This document shows positions 20,276 to 30,398 of a DNA stretch of 64,000 nt, one piece after another. This DNA is from Granulicella sp. Lineage in GTDB: Bacteria > Acidobacteriota > Terriglobia > Terriglobales > Acidobacteriaceae. The position numbers and the translations under genes are program-made. Location of the stretch: assembly GCA_027339965.1 (NCBI GenBank), contig DAHWNL010000070.1:1-64000 (forward strand), read 5' to 3'. Within the stretch, counting starts at the first letter, position 1; every line of letters begins with the position of its first letter. The notes under the pieces were generated by a model. The model was not told where the DNA came from. It made no database searches and was given only the letters and a program-made list of their open reading frames with translations.

Positions 20276-22276
20276 TTATGGCAAGATGGCGCCGTGCCTG
20301 TGGTTGTCCATGTGCAAAGCCGGGAACCAGGTCAAGCTGAACGAGATGACATTGTCAAAGTGCGCGCTGTTGCCGGGGTTTTCCAGGTAGATCGGCGCTT
20401 TCCAGCGTTCGGTTTGCATCCACGCGTGGAGCTCAACGTTTTTGCGGAGACGCTTCACGACGTCGATAGTGTACTGATTCTGCGAAGTTCCGCCGGGAAT
20501 GAAGTCGTTGGGGGTGCGCTTCTTCAGGTACTCAAGCTGGACCCACTCATCACCGGAGAGATGATAGGTGAGCCACGCCTGTCCGCCCATCGCTTCGCGG
20601 CTGATCCAGTCGCCCATGATCATTCCCTTGTTTGTATAGCCCTGCCGCTGGACTACCTCCCAGTAGTTGAGGGATCCATGCACGCAGGCGTTGGTGGAGC
20701 AGTCTGTACTGACCCCTTCGACGCGGAAATCCATCCGGGGCAGCCCCGGTATCTGGGAGAGATAGATACCCGGCCGGTAGGCGGCGCGGCGCGGCGCGCT
20801 CACGGGAGAGACATCATCATGCGAGATCGAGTCCGTATAGAGGGTGACATGGCGGCGCATGAAGGGCACACGCCAGGAGAAGCTGAAATCGCTGAACCGC
20901 GCTCCGGGATCGTTGACCGAGTACTTCTCTGCTCCGGTGGTATCCGTAATGGAGAACATGCTGATGAAGAAAGTGTGCAGGTTGATGGGTTGATCGCAGG
21001 GGTAGATGGCGCCATTGGGCTCCAGACACCCATGGCCGTGGCCGCCCCAGATGACGGTGCGCTGGAAAGCGAACTGGAAGTTGGAGGTAGGTGCGAAGCT
21101 GAACATCTCCGAGTGCACCCAAGGCTCGTTGGGGGCGGTGTGCTCTTTGAGCGAGCCCACCAGAAAGTCATAGCGCAGGGGGCCGAGAACGCGCGAGATC
21201 CAGGGAATATAGAGGGGCTCGATGCGATTGATACGGAAGGAGTACACATCCTCGGCGTTATTGCTCCAGTTCATGGCGCTGCCATAGGCGGGACCATCCC
21301 AGGAGTCGGATTTGCCGATGGAGATCTCATGGTTGAGTGCGTGAAAAGAGAGATTGGCCTCCTGCAGGCGGAAGTAGTTCTGGGTGTTGATGAAACCGGC
21401 TGGGATGGTCGCCTGATGGAGGTTGTAGCCGGAGTAGGGAATCTCGTCGATGTTGGAGAGAGTCTCAGCCAGGCCGGCGGGAGCCAGCGGATTGCCTGAA
21501 GGAGTGGTGGAGTAGCCCTCTCCGGAGGGCGAGTGCTCGTACTCTCCGCGCACAAAGAGTGAGAACCTGCCGTACTCATTGAGGGTGGCGAAGCCGGTAA
21601 TGTTGTTGAAGCCCGGCTCATAAGGCCGGCCATAATCGTTGACGATGGTCTGGCCCAGGTGGAAGCTGTCACGCAGCGTCTGGCCACTGATGCCCATCAT
21701 GCGGGTGTAGAGCGCCTGCACTCCATAGACATTGCCACGGTTCAGGTGAACGGGTTTGGAGAGGTCGTTCGCGTTCTCGGACGTGATGTAGTCATCCAGT
21801 TTCGAGAGCAACTCGATGGCCTGATTGTTGCCGCTGGCGACGATGGCTGGCGCAGACTGCTCCAGCATGTGCAGAAGACTGCGCCGCGTCCACGGCCGCA
21901 TGTTGATGAAGGCTGTGTCCAGAAAACCCATGGAGTACAGCCGCAGCGCCATGGGGTATACCATGCTGTCCACCGGAATGTAGGCCGAGCCCAGGGTGTC
22001 CTCGGGCGGCTTGGGAGCCTTTGGAGCATAGGGCGGCAACGCTGGCTGGGTGGAGCCAGAGATAGAGATCGCCGCCGGTATGGCGGGGTAAGACACCTTT
22101 GGGTTCTGGTTGGCCGGGGTGGCCGGCGCCACCGCTCGCGGCGAACCCTGTGCGGGTGCAGGGGGAGGGAGCTGCTGCTGGGCCGCTGTGCTCAGCCCGG
22201 CGAACAAAAGGATGGAGATGCTGGCGCCCGAGCAGAGCGAGAGTAGCGTGCGCCCAGGGGTTTCGGGGAAAGACAT
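20276..22276 (-). CDS. Capsule assembly Wzi family outer-membrane protein
   Basis: Signal peptide, RPWTR, NDYGRPY, SNNAE, beta-strand-rich C-terminus; TACACT 6 nt upstream of ATG 22276. Confidence 0.8.
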   Translation of the reverse strand: MSFPETPGRTLLSLCSGASISILLFAGLSTAAQQQLPPPAPAQGSPRAVAPATPANQNPKVSYPAIPAAISISGSTQPALPPYAPKAPKPPEDTLGSAYIPVDSMVYPMALRLYSMGFLDTAFINMRPWTRRSLLHMLEQSAPAIVASGNNQAIELLSKLDDYITSENANDLSKPVHLNRGNVYGVQALYTRMMGISGQTLRDSFHLGQTIVNDYGRPYEPGFNNITGFATLNEYGRFSLFVRGEYEHSPSGEGYSTTPSGNPLAPAGLAETLSNIDEIPYSGYNLHQATIPAGFINTQNYFRLQEANLSFHALNHEISIGKSDSWDGPAYGSAMNWSNNAEDVYSFRINRIEPLYIPWISRVLGPLRYDFLVGSLKEHTAPNEPWVHSEMFSFAPTSNFQFAFQRTVIWGGHGHGCLEPNGAIYPCDQPINLHTFFISMFSITDTTGAEKYSVNDPGARFSDFSFSWRVPFMRRHVTLYTDSISHDDVSPVSAPRRAAYRPGIYLSQIPGLPRMDFRVEGVSTDCSTNACVHGSLNYWEVVQRQGYTNKGMIMGDWISREAMGGQAWLTYHLSGDEWVQLEYLKKRTPNDFIPGGTSQNQYTIDVVKRLRKNVELHAWMQTERWKAPIYLENPGNSAHFDNVISFSLTWFPALHMDNHRHGAILP

Positions 22277-22409
22277 GTCTTGAGTGTACTGAAAAGTCCC
22301 CTTTTGGGCCTTGGTTTGGCTTTTCCCAAAAAGGAAGGCTTCTCCCAAGGGAGTGAGCGACGTCACGGGGTTTTGCGCCGCGGCCCGTGGCCCGATCAGT
22401 CCAGCGATC

Positions 22410-23195
22410 TCAGGGCCGGAGAGCGATCTTGCGCACAGCCATGTAGCGGCGCAGCCGAGCCATGGGCTGGGCCGAGGGCGGCATGCGGGAGAGTGCGGCC
22501 CGTGGAGTCATCGCCGCCCAGATCACGGCCGGTCCATCTCCCATGCGCGCTCGCAGTACCGACTCTTGCATCACGCGATAGACGGCCACGGCGTCTTCCC
22601 CATCCACAGTCAATACTGGTAGCCTCCAACGCCGTGCGAGGGTGGCTAAGGCGGCATAGGTCAAAGCCGGCTGCTTGCGTCGGCTCCGTGCGGCGGACGC
22701 GCGAGCAGACCCATCGATGCAGACCGTGAGCAGCGGCAGCCGGGAGTTGCAGGCCCACTCCAGCGCCTGTCTCCATCCGGGCTCGGGGGAGCCCTCACGG
22801 CAGAACGAGAGCACCACCCCTTGATGGTCTCCAGTCTGGATGCCCCTGGCCGCGGCTGCGCCCAACAGCAGGCGCGGATGGTCAGAGGCGCGTACGGCGA
22901 TCGACGGAGTGAGAAGGCTAGTGTAAGCTTGGCGCTCACTCGACCGTGCGGGGTTCGCGCGCGCCAGATTTGCGATGCAATGGTCTCCTGGCGGTGTGCT
23001 CACCAGGTCTCCCGCCTGGAGATGAATGGCGGTTGCAGCCAGCAGCGCCTCGCGCAAAACCCCCTTGTGCTTGTTCGCGCGCTCCAGCGCACGGCAGCGC
23101 AGCATCAGGGCATGCAGCTCACGTAGCTTGTTGTGGGGCAAGAGTGGGTTTTCAGACAAGCCGGAGGGCCTTTCAAATAGCTCATTTCGAGCCAT
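22410..23195 (-). CDS. Degenerate 2-oxoacid dehydrogenase E1-alpha-like (TPP-fold) protein
   Basis: LRELHALMLRCRALE, LPVLTVDGEDAVAVYRV...RARMGDGPAVI resemble E1-alpha; no GDG...N TPP motif. Confidence 0.7.
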   Translation of the reverse strand: MARNELFERPSGLSENPLLPHNKLRELHALMLRCRALERANKHKGVLREALLAATAIHLQAGDLVSTPPGDHCIANLARANPARSSERQAYTSLLTPSIAVRASDHPRLLLGAAAARGIQTGDHQGVVLSFCREGSPEPGWRQALEWACNSRLPLLTVCIDGSARASAARSRRKQPALTYAALATLARRWRLPVLTVDGEDAVAVYRVMQESVLRARMGDGPAVIWAAMTPRAALSRMPPSAQPMARLRRYMAVRKIALRP

Positions 23196-23342
23196 CTTTC
23201 TTTCTGTGCAGCCTGATTCTAGGCGTGTCTTCCCTCGGGAAGGTCCACCGGATGGCCGAGTTCTGCAAGGCGCGGCCAGGAAGACGGCTCCAGCGATGAT
23301 GATATCGAATCTGGAAGGGCCAACGCCGCTGCCGGCCCGTGT

Positions 23343-26027
23343 TTATGCGCGGAAGGCTCCTGGGCTCTCGGTCGCCAGACCCAGCTCGGCGAGGGCCTTC
23401 TCCGCTACGGAAGCCTTCACAGCGCCCGAACGGGACAAACTGGAGAGGGTTGCGGCGACGATCGATTCCGCGTCCACTTCGAAGTGGCGGCGCAGCCGCT
23501 GGCGGTTGTCGGAGCGTCCGAAGCCGTCGGTGCCGAGGGAGATCAGCCTTCCCGAAAGCCAGGGAGAAAGGCCATCGGGCAGCGCCTTCATGTAATCGCT
23601 GGCAGCTACGATCGGGCCTTTGGCTTCGGAGAAAGCCTGAACGAGAAAGGGGATCCGCTCCGGTTCAGCCGGGTGGAGGCGATTCCATCGCTCCACCTCC
23701 AGGCAGTCGCGGCGCAGCTCGTTGTAGCTGGTGACGCTCCAGACGTCGGTGGCCAGGCCGAAGCGATCGGCCAGGATCTGCTGGGCGCGCAAGGCCTCGT
23801 TCAGGATTGGTCCACTGCCCAGCAGATGGGCTCTAGCGGCTCCCTTCGGGGCGGCTTGGAACCGGTATATGCCGCGCAAAATGCCCTCGCGCACATCGGC
23901 TCCTTCGGGCATGGCGGGCATCGGATAGTCTTCGTTGTACATGGTGATGTAGTAGAAGACGTCTTCGTCAAGCTCGTACATCCGGCGTAGGCCGTCCCGG
24001 AGGATGACGGCCATCTCATAAACATAGGCCGGATCATAGGTAATGCAGGTGGGGATGGTTGCGGAGAGCACGGGCGAGTGGCCATCCTGGTGCTGCAAAC
24101 CCTCGCCGAGCATGGTGGTGCGGCCCGCAGTTCCCCCCATCAAAAACCCTTTGCCGTGGGAGTCGGCAAAGGCCCAGATCATGTCCCCGACGCGCTGGAA
24201 GCCGAACATGGAGTAGTACATGAAGAAGGGAATGGTGGGCAGGCGATAGTTGGCATAGGCTGTTCCCGCCGCCGTAAAGCTGGCCATGGCGCCGGCCTCG
24301 GTGATGCCTTCCTCCAGAATCTGCCCGCCCTTCTCCTCGCGGTAGCTCAGTAGCATGTCGGAGTCATGAGGGATGTACTTCTGCCCTTCGTGGGCGTAAA
24401 TGCCCACCTGCTTGATGGCCGATTCAAGCCCGAAGGTTCGGGCTTCGTCAGGCACGATGGGGACGATGAGTTTGCCGATCGCCGGGTCTTTGAGCAGGCC
24501 ACGCAACATGCTGACAAAGCCCATGGTGGTGGAGACGGCCCGGCCGCGCGATCCATCCAGCCACTCCTGGAAGAACTCCAGGCGGGGTACGGTCAGATTG
24601 GGGCTTGGCGCTTCGCGGACGGGCAGATAGCCGCCCAGCTCCTGACGCCTGGCCTGCATGTACTCCATGGCTGGATCACTGGATTCGGGCCGGTAGAACA
24701 TGGCTTCCTTGACCGCGTTCTCGGGCAGGGGAATGTCAAAGGTGTGGACAAACTGCGCCAACGCCTCGTCGCTGAGCTTCTTCTCCGAGTGGGTGGCGTT
24801 GCGCGCCTGGGCCGAACCAAGACCATAGCCCTTGACGGTCATGGCCAAGATCACAGTTGGGGAACCGGTGTGCGCCAGTGCTCGCTTGTAGGCGTTGTAG
24901 ATCTTGGCCGGGTCGTGCCCGCCGCGGTGCAGACGGATGATCTGGTCATCGGTTTTGTCTTTGACCAACTCCAGCAGTTCCGGGTACTTGCCAAAGAAGT
25001 GTTCCCGAAGATAAGCGCCGCCTTTGGCCTTATAAGCCTGGAAATCGCCATCCACGCACTCCTCCATGCGCTTGAGCAGAAGTCCCTTGGGGTCGCGGGC
25101 GAACAGCTCATCCCATTCCGAGCCCCAGATCACCTTGATCACATTCCAGCCGGCCCCCAGGAAGGTGCTCTCCAACTCGTCGATGATGCGCTGATTGCCG
25201 CGCACCGGACCATCCAGCCGCTGCAGATTGCAGTTGACGACAAAGATCAGGTTGTCGAGATGCTCGCGGGAGCCCAGGGAGAGCGCGCCCAGAGTCTCAA
25301 CCTCATCGGTTTCGCCATCGCCGACAAAGGCCCAGATCTTGCGTTGGGTTTTCTCGATCAGGCCACGATTTTCCAGATAGCGCATGAAGCGCGCCTGATA
25401 GACGGCGTTGAGTGGACCGATCCCCATGGAGACGGTGGGGAACTGCCAGAAGTCTTTCATCAACCAGGGATGAGGATAGCTGGAGAGGCCGGGATGCTCG
25501 CGTAGCTCATGGCGGTAGTTCTTCAGATGTTCCTCACCCAGCCTGCCCTCCAGAAAGGCGCGCGCATAGATGCCAGGAGAGGCGTGGCCCTGGAAGTAGA
25601 CAAAGTCGCCGGGCTGGTCGCCCTTGGGGCTCGGATAGCTGGCATGGAAGAAGTGGTTGAAGCCGACTTCCAGTAGCGTGGCCAAGGAGGAATACGTCGA
25701 GATGTGCCCGCCAATACCGGCGTCTTTTTTGTTTTGCCGATGCACCATGGCCATGGCGTTCCAGCGGATCAGTGCTTCAATCCTGCGTTCCAGCTTGCGA
25801 TCGCCGGGGTAGGGAACCTCATCGAACCGGGGGATGGTGTTGCAGAAGGGCGTGGTGATGGTTCCGGTGGCGGGTACGCCAGCCTCGCGCGCCCGTGCCC
25901 GCAGTGCGGAAAGCAAAGCGGCCCCCTGTTCCCAGTCATGCGCCACGACCTGGTCAAAGGCCTCAATCCACTCAGCGACCTCGGACGAAAGATCCTGCCT
26001 GACCGCTTCTTCCAACTGCATTGCCAT
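23343..26027 (-). CDS. aceE: Pyruvate dehydrogenase E1, homodimeric type
   Basis: GGHIST, FQGHASPG, GLSSYPHP, GDGETDE...NCNLQRLDG, GEGLQHQDGHS, GTDGFGRSD. Confidence 0.96.
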   Translation of the reverse strand: MAMQLEEAVRQDLSSEVAEWIEAFDQVVAHDWEQGAALLSALRARAREAGVPATGTITTPFCNTIPRFDEVPYPGDRKLERRIEALIRWNAMAMVHRQNKKDAGIGGHISTYSSLATLLEVGFNHFFHASYPSPKGDQPGDFVYFQGHASPGIYARAFLEGRLGEEHLKNYRHELREHPGLSSYPHPWLMKDFWQFPTVSMGIGPLNAVYQARFMRYLENRGLIEKTQRKIWAFVGDGETDEVETLGALSLGSREHLDNLIFVVNCNLQRLDGPVRGNQRIIDELESTFLGAGWNVIKVIWGSEWDELFARDPKGLLLKRMEECVDGDFQAYKAKGGAYLREHFFGKYPELLELVKDKTDDQIIRLHRGGHDPAKIYNAYKRALAHTGSPTVILAMTVKGYGLGSAQARNATHSEKKLSDEALAQFVHTFDIPLPENAVKEAMFYRPESSDPAMEYMQARRQELGGYLPVREAPSPNLTVPRLEFFQEWLDGSRGRAVSTTMGFVSMLRGLLKDPAIGKLIVPIVPDEARTFGLESAIKQVGIYAHEGQKYIPHDSDMLLSYREEKGGQILEEGITEAGAMASFTAAGTAYANYRLPTIPFFMYYSMFGFQRVGDMIWAFADSHGKGFLMGGTAGRTTMLGEGLQHQDGHSPVLSATIPTCITYDPAYVYEMAVILRDGLRRMYELDEDVFYYITMYNEDYPMPAMPEGADVREGILRGIYRFQAAPKGAARAHLLGSGPILNEALRAQQILADRFGLATDVWSVTSYNELRRDCLEVERWNRLHPAEPERIPFLVQAFSEAKGPIVAASDYMKALPDGLSPWLSGRLISLGTDGFGRSDNRQRLRRHFEVDAESIVAATLSSLSRSGAVKASVAEKALAELGLATESPGAFRA

Positions 26028-26376
26028 TGCTTTTCTCCCTGGACTGACCCGGCGCCGAGGCAAAAGGTCTCCATCTCTACAATAATTTGTCGGAAGGCTC
26101 TGTGCCCAGCGGCACACTCCCATTCCGCGCAGCGCCAGATCAATGCAAGATCTGTCATCGTCGCGGAGAGGGCGTTTCCGTGTGGATGGTTCTCCACTCC
26201 GGGTTTGCCATGGCGGCAGCTTTCAGCCGCCGCGGCGTCACGCTCCGTCAGCAGGAAGAGGACTCCATCTCGCCGAATGCATTGCGGCGGTCACTCAAAT
26301 GGTATTTTGCGCATGGAAATCCTGACGCGCCGGCTGCCTCACCGTCATTTCTGGATACCGGCGCTGAAGGGTCGGG

Positions 26377-27633
26377 TCAGGTAGAGTAATCGGCGTTGAT
26401 ACTGACGTACTCATGAGTTAGGTCGCAGGTGATAAAGCGGCTCTCCCCCGCTCCGTCTCCAATCCGGATGGCGATAGTGAACTCGCGCTGGCTCATTGCC
26501 GCATGCGTTGCGGTCTCATCAAAGGCGACCGAGCGTTGCCCGCCCTCAAAGACCGGCAGGCCGCCAATAGAGATCAGCACCTGGGCGGGATCGAAGGCCA
26601 CGCCGGCGCGTCCGGCCGCAGCGAGCAGACGCCCCCAGTTGGGATCGGCGCTGGACCATGCGGTCTTACACAAGGGGGAGGCGGCGATGGTGCGGGCGAT
26701 GGCCTGCGCGTCGGCATGGTTGGCAGCGCCGGAGATCTCCAAGGTGATCACGTGCGTGACTCCCTCTCCGTCGTCCACAATCTTGTAAGCCAGGGTTTGA
26801 CAGACGCGCTGCAGGGCGGCCTGGAACGCAGGAACGGCGGCGCCCTCGGCCTGCACCCCGCTGCCGCCGCTGGCCAACAGCATCACCGTGTCGTTGGTGC
26901 TCATGTCGCCATCGATGGAGGTGGAGTTGAAGCTGGATGCGACCGCCGGGCCAAGCATCGTCGCGAGTTGCCCACTGGATGCGCCCAGGTCGGTGAAAAG
27001 GTAGACAAGCATGGTTGCGTGAGGCGTCTGAGCCGCTGCCGGGATCGCCGGGAGGAGCTGTGGGCCGATCATCCCCGCGCCCTTGGCGCAGCCAAACAGA
27101 TGTACTGTCCTGCCTTCGAGGGTGAAGCTCTCCTGGGCCACCTTGATGCGAGTGTCGGTGGTGAGAATGGCTGTGGCAAAGGCCTCAGCGCTCTCCGGCT
27201 CGCGCCCCAGAGTTGCAATGGCCTCTGGAAGGGAGGCGACGAGCTTCTCCACCGGCAGGGGCACGCCGATGATTCCAGTGGAGGAGGGAAGAATCTCATC
27301 AAAGACGCAGCCCAACGCATCTGCCAGGGCGACGCAGCTCCGGTGGCAGGCCTCGATGCCCAACTCACCCGTGGCGCAGTTGGCATTCCCGGAGTTGACC
27401 AGTACAGCGGAGACCTTGCCGCCGGTGGCCGCAAGATGGCGACGGCCCACGATGATGGGAGCAGCCACTACCTGATTGCTGGTGTAACTTACCGCAGCCG
27501 CCGCAGGGCTCTCGCAGACGGCGACCGCAAGGTCCGGATTGCCGCTGGCCTTGATGCCTGAGCGTACCGCTGACCAGCGAAATCCCACGGGAAGCGGCGA
27601 TGCAATAGAAGATACGGCGTTATGCTGGCTCAC
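26377..27633 (-). CDS. argJ: Ornithine acetyltransferase / N-acetylglutamate synthase
   Basis: NSGNANCATG, STGIIG, KGAGMI...ATML, DGDMSTND, DGEG, DPNWGR, CDLTHEYVSINADYST. Confidence 0.95.
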   Translation of the reverse strand: MSQHNAVSSIASPLPVGFRWSAVRSGIKASGNPDLAVAVCESPAAAAVSYTSNQVVAAPIIVGRRHLAATGGKVSAVLVNSGNANCATGELGIEACHRSCVALADALGCVFDEILPSSTGIIGVPLPVEKLVASLPEAIATLGREPESAEAFATAILTTDTRIKVAQESFTLEGRTVHLFGCAKGAGMIGPQLLPAIPAAAQTPHATMLVYLFTDLGASSGQLATMLGPAVASSFNSTSIDGDMSTNDTVMLLASGGSGVQAEGAAVPAFQAALQRVCQTLAYKIVDDGEGVTHVITLEISGAANHADAQAIARTIAASPLCKTAWSSADPNWGRLLAAAGRAGVAFDPAQVLISIGGLPVFEGGQRSVAFDETATHAAMSQREFTIAIRIGDGAGESRFITCDLTHEYVSINADYST

Positions 27634-27709
27634 ACGGATTACTTTATCAAGCGTTAAGAGTGGTTGTTGAGGCGGGAATCACCGCAGTGGGCTGAGCCCT
27701 TCCGCATCG

Positions 27710-29932
27710 CTATTGGATGGGAGCTTCCAGCACCTCCGCCGCCCGATTCAGAGCTTTGGCGAGTTCATTCAGTTGGCTCTGGGTGCGCTTGGGGTCGTTG
27801 GCGTCGATGCCCTCGTTCACGCCGGGTATCACTACGGCCGCATAGCCGGTGTATTCGCCCGGAGCGTAGATGGTGTGCTTGTACCATGGCCGGTGGGGCA
27901 GGCCGGCGGGGTTCAGTAGAGACTCTTCGACCTGGCGGAGGGTGGCGTTAAGGCTGGTCGCTTCGGCTCCCGAGGCAGCCTCCTGCTGCCACTGATACAT
28001 TCTGGCTCCGGCGGCTGCAAAGCGCGCGGCTGCGGCCGTGGCGGCGGTGAAGTCGACATGCATCCCGGCGGCTTGGGCGCTTTGCTGCGCATGGGCCAGA
28101 TACCCCACCACCTCCTGCCCATAGGCGCGGTAGTCGTAGGGCAGAACATCCGCATCGGCCATATGCAGAATCTCCAGTCCAAAGACGCGCGCCATCTCCT
28201 GTTCGTAGACAAAGGTGGGGTCGGCGAAGCGGGTGAACCAGGTGAAGTCGTCAAAGGTGGAGTGATAAACCCCGTAGGGTCCATTGGATCCAATATCGGT
28301 GGAGGGTACGCCCAGATGCTGCAGGAAAGGTGTGTAGTCCGAGCCCGAACCCAGGTCGCCGATTCGCACTCTGTTGGAGGCGACAGCGGTTTCCGTACGA
28401 TCCGGGTGACCCGGGGAGGCGTGATGCTTCTGTTGGAGCTTGAGCCACTGCGTGTAGACCGTGCCGCCCTGGGGACTGGAAACCTCCCTCGTCAACTGGC
28501 GCAAAAACTTCTTGAGCGAAGGTACAGCCGAGGCGTCAAAGTCCGGCCCGGAGACACCTACATCGGTATTGAAGTAGGCTACCGCGTGGGAAAGTTTCTG
28601 GGCGTGTAGCTCAGCCCACTCCGTTGACCCGATCAGCCCCTCCTCCTCCGCGTCCCAGGAGCAAAGAACGATTCTCCGCCGGGGACGCCACCCTTGCTTG
28701 AGCAAGACGCCCAAGCCCTGCGCTGCACCGAGCATGACGACGGTTCCGCTGTTCGGATCCACGGCTCCGTAGACCCAGGCATCCCGATGGTTGCCCGCGA
28801 TCACCCAGTTGTCTCTCTGGATGGGGTCGGTTCCGTCGATGGTTCCGATGACGTCCCAGATGGTGCGCAGCCGGTAGTCCTGCACCAGATGCATATGAAC
28901 TCTGACTGCTCCGGTGCCCCCCAGATGATATGGGAAGGGAAGACCCCCCTGCCAGGAGTGGGGAGATTGCGGCCCTTCCAGCGCCTTGAGGATAGGCGCG
29001 GCGTCTTGGTAGGAGAGCGGATTGGAGGGGATCGATGGCTGGTTCATCTTCTTCGGATTGGTGATCCGTTGGGAGTTGGGGAGGTTGAGTGTGGAGGCGA
29101 TGCCGGGCGTCTCGGGATCGCCGGGATAGAGCGGCAGAAACTGCACGCTGCCCCGTTGCACTCCGGTAGCAGGCCGCCATGGCCCCTCGGGATAGACCGT
29201 GCCCTTGCCATAACCATCATCGGCGGGGTCAGAGTAGATTAGAACGCCCGCCGCTCCATACTGCTGAGCGATGTACACCTTCACACCGCGAAAGTTCTTT
29301 CCGTAGCGCACGAGGACGATCTTGCCCTTGACGCTGACTCCCATGGAGGCGAGCCGCTTGAAGTCCGCCAGGGTTCCGTAGTTGGCATAGACCACATCAG
29401 CGGTGACGTTGCCGGAGGGTGAAGAGCCGTGAAACGGCGGCAGGATGCGGGGATCGTTTTGAAAAGGGTCGCCACCATCGAGACTGGGGTCGACATGCTC
29501 CGGCGTCGGTCCGGACATGATCCGTTTCCCTTTGCTGTCAAAGGCCTCGATCCGGATGCTGACAGGCTTATTCAGCAGTACGCGAAAGGGCTGGATGGTA
29601 ACTTGCAATCCGGCTGCGCGGAACTTCTCGGCCACGTAGAGCGCGGTGGCGTGGTCCTCCGGGGAACTGGCCCAGTGGGGAGCCTTGGTCAGTGTTTCCA
29701 ACTCTTCCCGGGCCAGTGTTGTGCTGGGTACGGCCATGAAGGCTTGGTCCCAGCCGGCCTGGGCGGAGAAGTCATGAAAGCCAAACACCTGGTCGGTTGA
29801 GGTTTGCGCCCACGCGGCGCGGGGGAAGCAGGCGCTCAGGGGCAGGAGAACAGCCACGGCGATGCCAGCGGAGATCTGAAAGAGGAGACAGGAAAGGACT
29901 GAAGCAGGGGGCCGGGCTGCGAATCGGCGCAT
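27710..29932 (-). CDS. Exported M28 metallopeptidase (glutamate carboxypeptidase II-like, PA and TfR-dimerisation domains)
   Basis: GNHRDAW, DPNSG, WDAEEEGLIGSTEW, GSGSD, YHS, RPWYKH; signal peptide; GGAGGA upstream of ATG 29932. Confidence 0.9.
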   Translation of the reverse strand: MRRFAARPPASVLSCLLFQISAGIAVAVLLPLSACFPRAAWAQTSTDQVFGFHDFSAQAGWDQAFMAVPSTTLAREELETLTKAPHWASSPEDHATALYVAEKFRAAGLQVTIQPFRVLLNKPVSIRIEAFDSKGKRIMSGPTPEHVDPSLDGGDPFQNDPRILPPFHGSSPSGNVTADVVYANYGTLADFKRLASMGVSVKGKIVLVRYGKNFRGVKVYIAQQYGAAGVLIYSDPADDGYGKGTVYPEGPWRPATGVQRGSVQFLPLYPGDPETPGIASTLNLPNSQRITNPKKMNQPSIPSNPLSYQDAAPILKALEGPQSPHSWQGGLPFPYHLGGTGAVRVHMHLVQDYRLRTIWDVIGTIDGTDPIQRDNWVIAGNHRDAWVYGAVDPNSGTVVMLGAAQGLGVLLKQGWRPRRRIVLCSWDAEEEGLIGSTEWAELHAQKLSHAVAYFNTDVGVSGPDFDASAVPSLKKFLRQLTREVSSPQGGTVYTQWLKLQQKHHASPGHPDRTETAVASNRVRIGDLGSGSDYTPFLQHLGVPSTDIGSNGPYGVYHSTFDDFTWFTRFADPTFVYEQEMARVFGLEILHMADADVLPYDYRAYGQEVVGYLAHAQQSAQAAGMHVDFTAATAAAARFAAAGARMYQWQQEAASGAEATSLNATLRQVEESLLNPAGLPHRPWYKHTIYAPGEYTGYAAVVIPGVNEGIDANDPKRTQSQLNELAKALNRAAEVLEAPIQ

Positions 29933-29993
29933 GAAGCGATCCTCCAAAACAGTTCTGGGAGGAGTTTACGCCGAACCCTCATCTTGATTTCGG

Positions 29994-30398
29994 CTACACC
30001 TGCTGCGTGCAGTACTTGCAACGGGTGGCCGCCGCTGGAATATCGCTGAGGCACTGCGGGCAGGACTTGAGCGCGGCGGGTACGGCAGGCGGAGCCGGGG
30101 GGTTGAACTTCTTCAGCAGGTACTGGGTTGGCACCACCAGGAAGAAGTAGATGACGGCGGCAATCAGCAGGAAGTTGATGACCGCGGTGAGAAACGTTCC
30201 GTACTTGATCTCACCGCCGTGGAGGTGGGCTACCAGGTAATCGAAGTTGGGCTTGCCCACCACCGCCCCCAGGAGCGGGTTGATGATATTGGTGGTCAGC
30301 GCGGTGACGATGCTGGTGAAAGCCGCGCCAATGATAAAGGCAACGGCCAGGTCCATGACGTTGCCGCGCAGAATGAAATCGCGAAATCCCTTGAGCAT
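29994..30398 (-). CDS. mscL: Large-conductance mechanosensitive channel with C-terminal zinc ribbon
   Basis: FRDFILRGNVMDLAVAFIIGAAF, YGTFLTAVINFLLIA; tail CPQC...CKYC. Confidence 0.95.
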   Translation of the reverse strand: MLKGFRDFILRGNVMDLAVAFIIGAAFTSIVTALTTNIINPLLGAVVGKPNFDYLVAHLHGGEIKYGTFLTAVINFLLIAAVIYFFLVVPTQYLLKKFNPPAPPAVPAALKSCPQCLSDIPAAATRCKYCTQQV

